From positions 62,001 to 126,000 of the IMG/VR virus record IMGVR_UViG_3300005529_000001: DNA of 64,000 nt; one strand, 5' to 3'. Position numbers and translations under genes: made by a program. Below the pieces are notes generated by a model. That model was not told the DNA's origin. It worked only from the letters and a program-made list of their open reading frames with translations, and made no database searches. This document shows positions 32,992-42,203 of this stretch, one piece after another. Numbering within the stretch: the first letter of the stretch is position 1; each line of letters starts with the position of its first letter.

Positions 32992-33359
32992 TTCTTCCCC
33001 TTGTTACCCGAGCCCTTTTCCCACCCGGGTTCGTTCTCGTCCCACTCAACAGTGACAGTGCCCGTGTAACGACGGCCCTTTTTCTCGAGACCAAAGTCAG
33101 CGGTGACACAATCGCTGGTGTCTGTGAAGTCATCGAGCGGTTCTGTTGATGAATCACGTCGGGTCAGCGGGTCATCTCCGTTTGATTGGTCCCACAAGGC
33201 ATTCATCTGCAAGCTGTCAGCCAACGATTCCACCGCTTGTTCGAGGGTGTCACCCTGGCTGACGATGTTGAACGTGGTCGTCCCCGCGACCCACGCAATC
33301 TCGGACCAAAACGCAACGTACTCAAGCGTCTTTGATCGCATCACCCGCTTGTGCGCCAT
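32988..33359 (-). CDS. HicB-like antitoxin-fold protein (orphan)
   Basis: IVSQGDTLEQAVESLADSL matches the HicB (T/S)QG.T.EEA...L..A motif; no hicA-like neighbour. Confidence 0.6.
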   Translation of the reverse strand: MAHKRVMRSKTLEYVAFWSEIAWVAGTTTFNIVSQGDTLEQAVESLADSLQMNALWDQSNGDDPLTRRDSSTEPLDDFTDTSDCVTADFGLEKKGRRYTGTVTVEWDENEPGWEKGSGNKGKK

Positions 33360-33633
33360 GCGGTGATTTTACGTGGTCCCGACCGTCTTGGATCTTTTTA
33401 AACCAATGAGCAGTGTTCCACCCAATCCTACCAGACACTAGCAACATCACGTGGTCGGTGTCAGTGCCGGGAATCCCCATCAAACTTGGGTAACGAGCTA
33501 GGACCAAGACGATGTCGTTGGTGTGAATGGCACCACGGTTTTCTGTTCCCTCTTCGGGGTCTTTCCAGAGCGTGAGCGGGACCTTGTTTCTATTCTTATC
33601 GATGTTTATCCTGACTAGGTCTCCCGGTCTCAT
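33322..33633 (-). CDS. SH3b-like paralog
   Basis: family motif. Confidence 0.75.
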   Translation of the reverse strand: MRPGDLVRINIDKNRNKVPLTLWKDPEEGTENRGAIHTNDIVLVLARYPSLMGIPGTDTDHVMLLVSGRIGWNTAHWFKKIQDGRDHVKSPHGAQAGDAIKDA

Positions 33634-33914
33634 CACAGCACCCTGAACTGGTCGGTCTCCCGCCAACCCAACAACGTCGCTCCTTCTGGCATCGGCACCA
33701 TGATCAGGCACTCTTCCCAAGCGACATCAGCTTTGGTGAGTTCCTCAACGTAGTTGATAACGGCGATGACCAAGCCAACAGACTCGGGTGTCATCCGCAC
33801 GACTTCCCTGACTTGGGTGCCGCCACCGACAGTGATGCCAACTGGACCAGGCTTCTCAAACAACGTAACAAAACCTTGCGACTGGCGGATCTGGACAGTG
33901 TCACCGGGCTTCAT
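33633..33914 (-). CDS. SH3b-like paralog
   Basis: family motif. Confidence 0.75.
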   Translation of the reverse strand: MKPGDTVQIRQSQGFVTLFEKPGPVGITVGGGTQVREVVRMTPESVGLVIAVINYVEELTKADVAWEECLIMVPMPEGATLLGWRETDQFRVL

Positions 33915-34134
33915 TGATGACCCTAAAGAGCTCTTGTTCACGCCAACCAAAGCAGACGTTCCCGTCGTTCGTGGGCACCATCACCATGGCTTGGTTACGG
34001 TACAATCCGATGACGATAACAGGCTGGTCCCACCGGAGGTTTATCACGGTGTTACTGTAAAACTCGTCTGGGTAATCGTTCAACTGTAGGAAGCCCCACC
34101 AGGCCTTGGTACAGACGAGGTCACCCGGTTTCAT
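33901..34134 (-). CDS. SH3b-like paralog
   Basis: family motif. Confidence 0.75.
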   Translation of the reverse strand: MKPGDLVCTKAWWGFLQLNDYPDEFYSNTVINLRWDQPVIVIGLYRNQAMVMVPTNDGNVCFGWREQELFRVINEAR

Positions 34135-34357
34135 TGTCAATGACCTTAAACTGACGTGCTGACCGCCAACCAATGCGTTGCTCACATAGAATTAGAAGTC
34201 TTATGTCATCGTCGCACCACCTAACTGCCGCAAGCACCAATGCGATGTGGGCAGGATACGCTATGTGAACGACAACATCATCGCTCCTTGCATCATAGTC
34301 CCACTTGCGAAAGATCCGCGTGGGATACGTTACCCTTATGAGGTCGCCTGGTTTCAC
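34121..34357 (-). CDS. SH3b-like paralog
   Basis: family motif. Confidence 0.75.
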   Translation of the reverse strand: MKPGDLIRVTYPTRIFRKWDYDARSDDVVVHIAYPAHIALVLAAVRWCDDDIRLLILCEQRIGWRSARQFKVIDNETG

Positions 34358-34596
34358 AGCAACGTCTCAAAGAACGATATGCTCTGCCAACCGAGCTTCA
34401 TCCCGCAGAGGATCAACGCTTGCTTTGATTTCCACATCACTGGTTCAGTGAGTGCTAGCACGATACAGTGATTGTTGGGTTTGACCCAACCGACAACTTT
34501 CGCTCCGCTGCCATCAAGCTGCCACTCACGGATGTTCCACAGCGCAACGGAAGCACCGCCAGTCGCTTTTATCTTGATCATGTCGCCAGGCTTCAT
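34354..34596 (-). CDS. SH3b-like paralog
   Basis: family motif. Confidence 0.75.
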   Translation of the reverse strand: MKPGDMIKIKATGGASVALWNIREWQLDGSGAKVVGWVKPNNHCIVLALTEPVMWKSKQALILCGMKLGWQSISFFETLL

Positions 34597-34838
34597 CGGA
34601 TCAGCTCAACATGTCGAAAACGGATCGCAGCCGCCCAACCTAGCTTTATGCCAAATAGGACTAGCACTTCCGGGAACCTATTGTCAGCCTCAGCATCACA
34701 AGCAAGCTCACGAGCGATGATAAGTCCTACTTCGGTGCACTTGGCGATACCCGCGGGTTCACGACGAACATCAATGGGTTGCTTTGACAACACGACGTGC
34801 GAAGCACCCTTTGTCATGACAAGGTCACCCGGACGCAT
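34593..34838 (-). CDS. SH3b-like paralog
   Basis: family motif. Confidence 0.75.
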   Translation of the reverse strand: MRPGDLVMTKGASHVVLSKQPIDVRREPAGIAKCTEVGLIIARELACDAEADNRFPEVLVLFGIKLGWAAAIRFRHVELIR

Positions 34839-35085
34839 GTGACCTCAAGACACTGTGATCAGTTATCCATCGGATTTGATCATCAACGATGATGCCATAC
34901 ATGTCATTGTTGTTCCAGAAATCATCTGGAGATTGGGATTTCACGCATGCAAAAACAAGGACCAGCTTGTTGCCACGAGCAAATGACCATGCTGGACCGT
35001 TCATGGTTGACGGGTTTGGGTTTGGTCCGTGCCACAATGTCGCCGTGTCCTGTATCTCAAGCATGTCACCGGGTTTTCTTCTCAT
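34825..35085 (-). CDS. SH3b-like paralog (divergent)
   Basis: KPGDML...LVFA...IRWI. Confidence 0.65.
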   Translation of the reverse strand: MRRKPGDMLEIQDTATLWHGPNPNPSTMNGPAWSFARGNKLVLVFACVKSQSPDDFWNNNDMYGIIVDDQIRWITDHSVLRSHASG

Positions 35086-35333
35086 GTTTCGAACGCCCTT
35101 AGCATGGTCCAACCAAAAGTTGTCCCGCACATGACCATGCACTCGTCACCGACCAAGGCAATGCAAAGAGCGACGTCTGTCCGTCTGACCTTACCAACGA
35201 TCCGATCATTGAGGTGCATGTCACCCGCAGAGTTTGCTTTAGAATTTTGCCATGGCATCAACCACAGGTCAACGCCATCTCGATCAACGACCGTGAGAAG
35301 GTCGCCGGGTTTCAAGTTATCCTCCTCAACCAA
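35082..35333 (-). CDS. SH3b-like paralog
   Basis: family motif. Confidence 0.75.
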   Translation of the reverse strand: MVEEDNLKPGDLLTVVDRDGVDLWLMPWQNSKANSAGDMHLNDRIVGKVRRTDVALCIALVGDECMVMCGTTFGWTMLRAFET

Positions 35334-35590
35334 CTACTGGGTATCCAACACAGGGTGGGTCCAATTGTCAATAGCAAACACCAAGTCCAATTGGATCCCT
35401 TCTTGGGTTGAAACTCTTGTGTTGTTGCAATGATCAGTGCTAACTGATCGTACTCCAACACAACAGTCCCATTAATGGTGTGGTTGGTGGAATCGAGCTG
35501 ACATTCAGAGGGATGGGTCCATGCGTACTTGTAAAGGGTCCTACACAAGTCACCAGGCCAATCTCCCCACATGTCAAGACGTGCTGTCAT
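35312..35590 (-). CDS. SH3b-like paralog (divergent)
   Basis: WPGDLC...ALIIA...LCWI. Confidence 0.65.
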   Translation of the reverse strand: MTARLDMWGDWPGDLCRTLYKYAWTHPSECQLDSTNHTINGTVVLEYDQLALIIATTQEFQPKKGSNWTWCLLLTIGPTLCWIPSSWLRRIT

Positions 35591-35871
35591 GCGTATTCCT
35601 GTTCGGGCTTCTCTACGCCCGCAGGCTGCCAGAACAGCCGGTGTGTCCAGCCCAACCTGCAGTTGGGACCCAACACCAGCATGACGCTGTCATCGCCAGC
35701 CGCGAAGCAGATCATCAAGCATGACATCTGGAACGGGACCTCACCGACGATGTCATTGGCGTTGTCAGCCTCACCCGCATCTTCGGTCTTGTAGAGCTTG
35801 ACGCCCGGGTGCAGCATGGGCCAGACAAGGTCGCCTGGCCTGATCTTTGCCCATACCAGCCGCGGGCACAT
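35587..35871 (-). CDS. SH3b-like paralog
   Basis: family motif. Confidence 0.7.
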   Translation of the reverse strand: MCPRLVWAKIRPGDLVWPMLHPGVKLYKTEDAGEADNANDIVGEVPFQMSCLMICFAAGDDSVMLVLGPNCRLGWTHRLFWQPAGVEKPEQEYA

Positions 35872-36110
35872 CAGCGTGCCCTCGGTTCTTCAAGCCGATC
35901 TACGTAAGTCCAACCCAGCATGTTGGGACCCAGGACCAGGCACTCTGTTTTCATGCTGTGGCCCACGATAGCACAGATGAGAACGATTGCATCTTCTGGG
36001 ACAATGCCTGCGTCGATCGTGTCAAGCGTCAGGTTCTCCGGCGTCGCATTGATCTTCGTCAACATGCGGGGCTTGCCGAGCTTGACCACGGCCAGGTCAC
36101 CAGGCTTCAT
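35871..36110 (-). CDS. SH3b-like paralog
   Basis: family motif. Confidence 0.75.
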   Translation of the reverse strand: MKPGDLAVVKLGKPRMLTKINATPENLTLDTIDAGIVPEDAIVLICAIVGHSMKTECLVLGPNMLGWTYVDRLEEPRAR

Positions 36111-36427
36111 TCGTCAAACTCCACATTGAAGACATCTTGACAGTTGTTGCATCGCCGCATCCAGCCCGTCGGACGGTTTTTCACGTCGAACATCCTGACT
36201 CGTTTGATATGCTTGCTACCACAGCATGGGCACGCTGACAACACGGGGACGTCCTTCTTGGTCCCTCGTTCCCGCCCACGGTGAGCCCACCAGAGCGCCC
36301 ACACGGTGATGGCCATGGCAACCGCAGCCCGCATGTCAGCATTCCCAGAGGAGCCAGTGCCAGGCTCGACCGACCAAACCTCGAGGCCAGTGACGGCGCT
36401 CGTAGTGACCGTTAAGTTCGTCTTCAA
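36107..36427 (-). CDS. membrane-anchored Zn-ribbon protein
   Basis: hydrophobic segment then CPCC...CNNC; start uncertain. Confidence 0.5.
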   Translation of the reverse strand: MKTNLTVTTSAVTGLEVWSVEPGTGSSGNADMRAAVAMAITVWALWWAHRGRERGTKKDVPVLSACPCCGSKHIKRVRMFDVKNRPTGWMRRCNNCQDVFNVEFDE

Positions 36428-36602
36428 GCTGCTGGACCTGGTTGCGCAGGCCCTCGATGATGTTGAGCCTGACAGAAGCCACGTGACGAAGCTGACACAC
36501 CTCGTGAGCCCAACCCTCTTTCAGGTTCCCGCCTGTCCGCACAGCGATGCTGGAGACTGTGTCGACCGGGTTACCGCAAAGGGTGCATGCTTCGTACTTC
36601 AT
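36336..36602 (-). CDS. single CxxC...HxxC Zn-finger protein with coiled coil
   Basis: CTLC...HEVC. Confidence 0.6.
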   Translation of the reverse strand: MKYEACTLCGNPVDTVSSIAVRTGGNLKEGWAHEVCQLRHVASVRLNIIEGLRNQVQQLEDELNGHYERRHWPRGLVGRAWHWLLWEC

Positions 36603-36609
36603 CGTTTGC

Positions 36610-37137
36610 TCACTCGTATACATCGCACAAGAAAGCAAAGAGAGATTGGGCATCTCTTGCTCTCAAGGCTGGAACCCAGATGTAGTTGCCCTTATTCTCA
36701 CCCACGTTTGGATTACGGGCTTCCTTGCCCGTTGTCCAACCCAGGAAGTAACAGGTCTGTGTTGCTTCGTCAGTGACCGTCTGGGTAGTGATGACGTTGT
36801 CTGGTGACTTCACCGAGACCTGGATACCAAGCTTGTTACAAGCATCGGCTGCGGTCCCGTACGATGGATCATTGACTTTATCCTTGTGATCGATACACAA
36901 GAAGTCAATGGACGCAAACCGATCGCGCATGGACCACATCCGTTCGACGCAATCACGAAACGCCTGGCCCCGAGCCTTGAAAACGTTGTCGTCGATCCAA
37001 CGAGCCATCGCCAGCTGCGCGCGGCCACCCGTCAACGCGTTACGCATCTCTTCGGGAGTACGTTGTCCCCTAAACGATTTTGCCCAGGCTTCGGCGTGGT
37101 GCTCATCGCTAGGGAGGTACCTGAACTGACAGACCAT
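36610..37137 (-). CDS. hypothetical protein
   Basis: cassette-type promoter GTGAAC..TAGTGT-N6-ATG. Confidence 0.7.
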   Translation of the reverse strand: MVCQFRYLPSDEHHAEAWAKSFRGQRTPEEMRNALTGGRAQLAMARWIDDNVFKARGQAFRDCVERMWSMRDRFASIDFLCIDHKDKVNDPSYGTAADACNKLGIQVSVKSPDNVITTQTVTDEATQTCYFLGWTTGKEARNPNVGENKGNYIWVPALRARDAQSLFAFLCDVYE

Positions 37138-37180
37138 GCCCTAACACTATTCCACGTCATGGGCTAGTTCACCTGAGTTT

Positions 37181-37507
37181 TCAGGAACGTGTGCCCCCAC
37201 GTCGCTCCATGACTCGGTTGTAAGCCATGAGCCCATGGATGTTGTTTCGGAACGCTATCGTGTTGACGATCAGGGTGAAGACGACCACCGGCACGAAGAT
37301 AAGGCCATACGCTAGGTGGTGTGCGAACCAGTTGACGATGCCGAGAAAGCAGAACAAGAAACTCATGCAGTTGACAGCGATCAACAGCTTGTATTGCTTG
37401 TCACGCGTCATGGCGGTGACCCCTGCCCCTGCCTTCAGAGAACCCATAGCTGAATCCTTTCCTAGTACCTTCGTTGTGGCCTCGCTCGTAGCCACGAGCG
37501 TAGGCAA
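37181..37507 (-). CDS. 2-TM membrane protein
   Basis: two hydrophobic segments; start probably at MTRDK. Confidence 0.55.
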   Translation of the reverse strand: MPTLVATSEATTKVLGKDSAMGSLKAGAGVTAMTRDKQYKLLIAVNCMSFLFCFLGIVNWFAHHLAYGLIFVPVVVFTLIVNTIAFRNNIHGLMAYNRVMERRGGTRS

Positions 37508-37571
37508 TGAGTCCCGTCACCGCGGAACACACGAATGCCGTCAGCAACAACACGATGTACGGGTGTCCCAT
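37401..37571 (-). CDS. small membrane protein
   Basis: TGATG coupling to the SET gene; N-terminal TM. Confidence 0.55.
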   Translation of the reverse strand: MGHPYIVLLLTAFVCSAVTGLIAYARGYERGHNEGTRKGFSYGFSEGRGRGHRHDA

Positions 37572-37933
37572 CAGCCGCCCCGAGCTTTGCGAGCTTTCTC
37601 GCCTTTCAGGAAATCTGGGTTGTCGCTGTAGCTGATGAACAGCTCGTCGCCAGACAGGACCAGCTGGTTGGTTGTGAACATGATGCACCGACGTTTCTTG
37701 TCAAGCCACCAGTCAACATTGGGGGTGTCGCTGTGGTTGAAGAACAACGAAACGCCGCTAGCGATAGCACAGTTCCGCTTGTCCCATTCGTAACAGTAGT
37801 GGCACATGATGCCCTTGATATCACGGTTAGGGATCACGATGACGTGAGCCCACTCCACCAGCGCGCCTGGACCGATAGTCCGGCCAGCGAAAACGCCTCG
37901 TCCCCTGCCTGGAGCTTTATCGATGTAGACCAT
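37571..37933 (-). CDS. SET-domain protein lysine methyltransferase
   Basis: GRGRGVFA, FFNHSDTPN and ELFISY SET signature motifs. Confidence 0.85.
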   Translation of the reverse strand: MVYIDKAPGRGRGVFAGRTIGPGALVEWAHVIVIPNRDIKGIMCHYCYEWDKRNCAIASGVSLFFNHSDTPNVDWWLDKKRRCIMFTTNQLVLSGDELFISYSDNPDFLKGEKARKARGG

Positions 37934-38214
37934 TAACGTCCCTTGTCTAGCTTCTCGTAGGCCGCCCAACCTGCCTTAAAACCAACCACGATGCCCTGCA
38001 CTTCTCGCATCTTTGCATCGTAGGACATTCTCGGCCCGGGCTGGAGCTCGCTGACGCAATCAGTGACGGCGTAGATCTTGACAGTGTCACCGACCATCTT
38101 CAGCTCGATCGAGACAAACGAGCCCTGCTTAGATCGGAGAGTATCGTAGAGTGCAAATGCGATGTCCCTGTCGCTGGAAACAGCCTCGACTAGCAGGATT
38201 TCCTTGTCACTCAT
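37933..38214 (-). CDS. hypothetical protein
   Basis: cassette-type promoter GTGCAA..TAAGGT-N6-ATG. Confidence 0.7.
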   Translation of the reverse strand: MSDKEILLVEAVSSDRDIAFALYDTLRSKQGSFVSIELKMVGDTVKIYAVTDCVSELQPGPRMSYDAKMREVQGIVVGFKAGWAAYEKLDKGR

Positions 38215-38250
38215 GTGTCCACCTTATCACCGGGACGGTACGGTTTGCAC

Positions 38251-38535
38251 ATGACATTGTTGCCAGGCGACCTGGTGATTCGTAGCGTGTCACCCAGGCT
38301 TGACACTCCGCCACGAGTTCACCTGGAGCCCGTGCCCGACAACATGACACGTAAACATGTCATCGAGTTCAAACGCGATGAACCCGCGCTGGTCATCGCG
38401 GTGAGCTGGGTCCAGCTAGCTGAACAATTCGGTGGTGAATATTCGTTGTTACTCTACAAGCACCGCATCGGCTGGTGCTTGAGTGGGGAGTGTGAGCTGC
38501 TCAGCGATGACCCTGCAACTCGTCGAGACGATTGA
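38251..38535 (+). CDS. SH3b-like paralog
   Basis: LLPGDLV...ALVIAV...IGWC. Confidence 0.7.
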   Translation: MTLLPGDLVIRSVSPRLDTPPRVHLEPVPDNMTRKHVIEFKRDEPALVIAVSWVQLAEQFGGEYSLLLYKHRIGWCLSGECELLSDDPATRRDD

Positions 38536-38758
38536 CAAGGGTGCGTTCTAACGCTTCGAGCGCAAGCACCTCATTGCGAGTCTTGTCAAGGAGTTGCTGC
38601 ACTTCACCGAGGCGGTGGCGGTAATGCTCAACATCAGCGTTCGCTCGCTTGGATTTCTTGGCTGGTTTCTTCAGGATCTCGGCACGTGCCTTGGGTTTCC
38701 GACCCAGGTCGGGTCCATCAGTGATGCGGATCGGGTGATTTTTCTTCTTGGTAGCCAT
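38501..38758 (-). CDS. basic coiled-coil protein
   Basis: ORF; Lys-rich N-terminus. Confidence 0.6.
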   Translation of the reverse strand: MATKKKNHPIRITDGPDLGRKPKARAEILKKPAKKSKRANADVEHYRHRLGEVQQLLDKTRNEVLALEALERTLVNRLDELQGHR

Positions 38759-38767
38759 CTCTGAACT

Positions 38768-39646
38768 CTACTTCTTCTTGGGTCGGTTGGGATTCTTGTA
38801 GTCGTACCCGGCGGCAAAGTACACGTTACGGGCACCCACGTTGCTTAGCGCTTTGCGGAGATTGACGAAGGTGAAACCAGTGTCAACGTTGTCATCAATG
38901 ACCAACACGTTCTTGCCACGAAGCGAACCAGCTTCGTCGGTAGTGTCATGGAGGTGAAGGAACTTGCGCCATGAGTGCGGCACGCCTTTCATCTCAGGCT
39001 CTACGTTTGGATTCTTTTTCCAGATAGCAAGCTGTTTGTCGAGAAGCTTTTGTGTCTTGATGACCTCAGCAGGATTCGTTTCAGCGACGTAAGCATCCCA
39101 TGCCTCTGGGTCGACCTCCATGTCTCCCGCGCTTCTCTTACGAGTCGCACCGAGCAGGACCTGTGCAAGCGGCTCGCCATGTTCGGCATGCAGGAGATCA
39201 GCAACATGTTCTGATAACTCCCACGCCATGGTGCTGTTCGACGAGACAGGGATGATAACATCGATGTCATCGTCATTGAAACGTCGAGCAATGCGGGCGG
39301 CGATCCTCCTGTACGCAATGGCCTGGTCTTGCGGCCTTGTCTTCAGGACAACGTCGCCTGCTTGGACAGACGTCTGCTTGAGCAGCTTCATCACGTCACG
39401 CGGAGTGAACTTGTGTTTCTGTGCCAGGTCGGCGAGAGAAGACTCGTAACCAGGACCCGACCCAAAAGCTTTCCTGGGCATGAAGGCAACGAAATAGTCA
39501 GTGCCCTTCACTTCCCTATTACTGCTTCCCTGGGGCAGCTCGCTGGGAGACACCATGCTCAAGGTCAATGCATCAGATGGCAACGTCAGAGAGCCATCGA
39601 ACGCCTCGAGCAGGATCAGTCGCAGGTCACCCAGAGTCAGCTGCAC
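38768..39646 (-). CDS. type I phosphoribosyltransferase-domain protein
   Basis: PRPP loop VLVIDDNVDTGFT; IIPVSS motif. Confidence 0.8.
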   Translation of the reverse strand: MQLTLGDLRLILLEAFDGSLTLPSDALTLSMVSPSELPQGSSNREVKGTDYFVAFMPRKAFGSGPGYESSLADLAQKHKFTPRDVMKLLKQTSVQAGDVVLKTRPQDQAIAYRRIAARIARRFNDDDIDVIIPVSSNSTMAWELSEHVADLLHAEHGEPLAQVLLGATRKRSAGDMEVDPEAWDAYVAETNPAEVIKTQKLLDKQLAIWKKNPNVEPEMKGVPHSWRKFLHLHDTTDEAGSLRGKNVLVIDDNVDTGFTFVNLRKALSNVGARNVYFAAGYDYKNPNRPKKK

Positions 39647-39671
39647 CAGTTAAATACCGCTCTTTTGTCTG

Positions 39672-40424
39672 TTACACGTACCCGAGCGCTGCATCACAGG
39701 CTCTGTAAAAATCGTCAGAGAACGATGTACGACGGAACTCATGCTTACGACTCTTTCCCTGGTGCACGACAAAGACCTCGTCGTAGTACCACCACTCTTC
39801 GTATGACCGCCCGACCAGCTTGGGCACGTTAACGTTGGGCAACGCCATCGACGACAAGCCATGCTCGTAAAGGAACAACGGGAAGTTCCAGCAGGTGTCC
39901 GTCAGCAGCTGGTAATCTGTGGGAAGGCCAAACGTGTCTGATTGTTCTGGGGAGGTGATGGTGAAGTTGTCAACGAGTTGCTTGTTCCCAACCGAGTACT
40001 GAGACCAGGGGATGCCTGGTTTCAAAGCTAGCCACTGGACGTTTGGCTTCCCCTTGTACGTCTGCAGCTTCTGTGACCGAGAGAAGCGACAGCCTATGTC
40101 TTGGTACGCTGTCCCAAAACAGTCAATCTCGTCAAGGATTCGAGACACCAGCTCGTCCCACCCCTGTTTGACGACAACCGTGTCTGAATCACAGATGACA
40201 TGCACTGCATCAGGACGGTGTTCAGTCGCTTTGAATGCCAGCTCGCACGCCAAACTGTGGCGTCTTGCAGCGTTAGCAGTGCCCTGGTAGAACGAGTCGG
40301 GCTGCACTCGCACCCGCTCAAATTCAAGCTGGTCGGGCTGGGATGCCAGCTTTGTCATCGCCGCCTGGGCGTAGTCAGCGTACCTGAACGTCGCTGGGTC
40401 CTGCATGATGTGAACGTAGATCAC
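39672..40424 (-). CDS. glycosyltransferase-like protein (GT-A)
   Basis: H...C...VICDSDT (DxD), DT.W pattern. Confidence 0.5.
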   Translation of the reverse strand: MIYVHIMQDPATFRYADYAQAAMTKLASQPDQLEFERVRVQPDSFYQGTANAARRHSLACELAFKATEHRPDAVHVICDSDTVVVKQGWDELVSRILDEIDCFGTAYQDIGCRFSRSQKLQTYKGKPNVQWLALKPGIPWSQYSVGNKQLVDNFTITSPEQSDTFGLPTDYQLLTDTCWNFPLFLYEHGLSSMALPNVNVPKLVGRSYEEWWYYDEVFVVHQGKSRKHEFRRTSFSDDFYRACDAALGYV

Positions 40425-40663
40425 GGCACCCTGCCCCTGAGCGTGATCATTACTCCACCCGCGCCGAGGTAGTCACCCTGGAGGGGTTCGATACAGACGA
40501 CCAGCTTCCCGTTGTCGTCCCAAGGCCAACAACAACGTGTCCCCTTGCATGACAGGGTGTGCCCGCCGACCTGGGATTGGACGACTGGGAAGCCGTCAAC
40601 TGCTGGGACAGCCGAGCACGCAACGACCAGCAACAACGCTAACGCTACGAACCACTTCCACAC
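40421..40663 (-). CDS. small lipoprotein
   Basis: lipobox LLVVAC. Confidence 0.65.
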   Translation of the reverse strand: MWKWFVALALLLVVACSAVPAVDGFPVVQSQVGGHTLSCKGTRCCWPWDDNGKLVVCIEPLQGDYLGAGGVMITLRGRVP

Positions 40664-40888
40664 TCATGTACGTATCATCACCTTGGTGTCGCCGTAGGCA
40701 AACGCGAGCCCGTGGTCACGTGTCTTGAGTGCCCACCTGTCACGTTTGGGGTCATAGACGTGGGGCTTGCCCGCGACGATGTGCCAGATCCCGATGTCGG
40801 GCCGCAGCGAGAACACGTCACCCCATTTCAACTCAGAGAATTTCACGATTGTTTCAACGAAAGGGCGGTCCTGTGCTTGAGCTGTCAT
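40664..40888 (-). CDS. hypothetical protein
   Basis: ORF at a divergent junction. Confidence 0.6.
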   Translation of the reverse strand: MTAQAQDRPFVETIVKFSELKWGDVFSLRPDIGIWHIVAGKPHVYDPKRDRWALKTRDHGLAFAYGDTKVMIRT

Positions 40889-41171
40889 TTGACGGGTATA
40901 TCATAGCCCGATTCGGTCGGGAACCAAATTTGCACCACGGTGACCCGAGGGCTTTTGTGACCCGGGTAAGGGGTGACACTGTCCCCGGTCGCCGGTCGCT
41001 TCGTGGGCCCACGTGGGGGCTTGGGTAACCGGTCACGGGCCGCAAGGACCGAGACAGTTTCGGGGACGTCAGACTGACACTGGTTGAGTTGATTCGATCT
41101 CGAAATAACCAAAGCGTTTGGCCTGGCGCGATGATGAACCTATCGCCGTCAGCATTTTATGGTGTCTTGAC

Positions 41172-41627
41172 ATGCTCAAGGTCGGGAAGCAATACAAGGC
41201 AGATCTTTCGTTGCCTGTGTTCAACAGCAACACGTCGGTACCGCCAAATACCGAGCTCACTGTCATTGCCAAAGACACAGTCATCGACAAGTCGGGAACG
41301 ACCTACTGTCTGCAAATGCTCCAGCTCAACAGACCTGAGTGGTTCATGACCGAAACCGGGGGTTTTAATCCACCACCCAGGATCATCCCCACTCTCGCTG
41401 AGCTCGTTTTCGAGTCCGTCCGTGCATATCCGGACCTGATGCGTGAGGAGTTGTACGACCGCATCATGGAGTGCAACCCTCGTGCCAAACGCTTTACCAT
41501 CGACACGATGTCAGGCATGCTCGCAGATGACACTCGCGTCGAGATGTTCAAAGACGGTGTCAAGGTCGACAAGATCGGGCACAACGCTCGTTACTGCACT
41601 TTCCGTCCCAAGGGTTGGCAACCGTAG
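41172..41627 (+). CDS. hypothetical protein (possible C-terminal winged helix)
   Basis: ORF; start uncertain. Confidence 0.6.
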   Translation: MLKVGKQYKADLSLPVFNSNTSVPPNTELTVIAKDTVIDKSGTTYCLQMLQLNRPEWFMTETGGFNPPPRIIPTLAELVFESVRAYPDLMREELYDRIMECNPRAKRFTIDTMSGMLADDTRVEMFKDGVKVDKIGHNARYCTFRPKGWQP

Positions 41628-41768
41628 AGGAAGTGACTATGAACACCAACGAAGCCAAGAAGGAACGTAGCAAGGAACGAGCGCAGCGCGAGAAGCGCAT
41701 CGACCACTACGTCAAGAATTACAGCGTCCGTACGCTGGCCGAGATGATCGTCTCGTTGGAGGACCAGC

Positions 41769-42203
41769 ATGGTGTCCCGTCGGCGATTGACTGAGCTGGG
41801 TCGAGCTCTCCGGAAGGAGATGAAGCCCTTCATCAAGAAGCACGAGTCAGACTTCTACGGCAACTTCGGTGGCGCTTGCGGCGTGATGTCTTACGCCATG
41901 TACCAGGTACTGAAACGTCTGGGCCTGAAGCCCGTGTTAGCACTGGCGGGTCCTCAGACCCAGACGTTTCAGCACTGCTGGGTAGAAGTGGACGGGTTGA
42001 TCGTGGACCTGACCGCGACCCAATTCGGCTACGACAAAACGGTCCAGGTCACTTCACGGCCCAGCGAATGGCACAAACCCCTGAAGTACAGGGGTCACCG
42101 TGTCATCAACGAGCTCAAGACTTGGCATGACGGGCAGAGCCCGATGAACAACCGCCGTGCAGTCAACGCCGCAGTGAACCGCGTACTGGAGAGCCATGGC
42201 TAG
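41769..42203 (+). CDS. transglutaminase/papain-like fold protein, putative
   Basis: GACGVMS...HCWVEVDGLIVDLTATQF gives a Cys-His-Asp arrangement. Confidence 0.55.
   Translation: MVSRRRLTELGRALRKEMKPFIKKHESDFYGNFGGACGVMSYAMYQVLKRLGLKPVLALAGPQTQTFQHCWVEVDGLIVDLTATQFGYDKTVQVTSRPSEWHKPLKYRGHRVINELKTWHDGQSPMNNRRAVNAAVNRVLESHG

Larger units (their letters stand above)
24549..36110 (-). repeat. tandem array of ~32 diverged SH3b-like paralog genes
   Basis: PGDLV...(C/V)G.L...(A/G)LVIA...(V/L)L(V/L)L...(L/I/F)GW recurs in most ORFs; start/stop overlaps throughout. Confidence 0.9.

Noticed and set aside
24549-36110. Diversity-generating retroelement behind the paralog array
   Set aside because: There is no reverse transcriptase and no near-identical TR/VR pair differing at adenines. 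The copies are diverged throughout.
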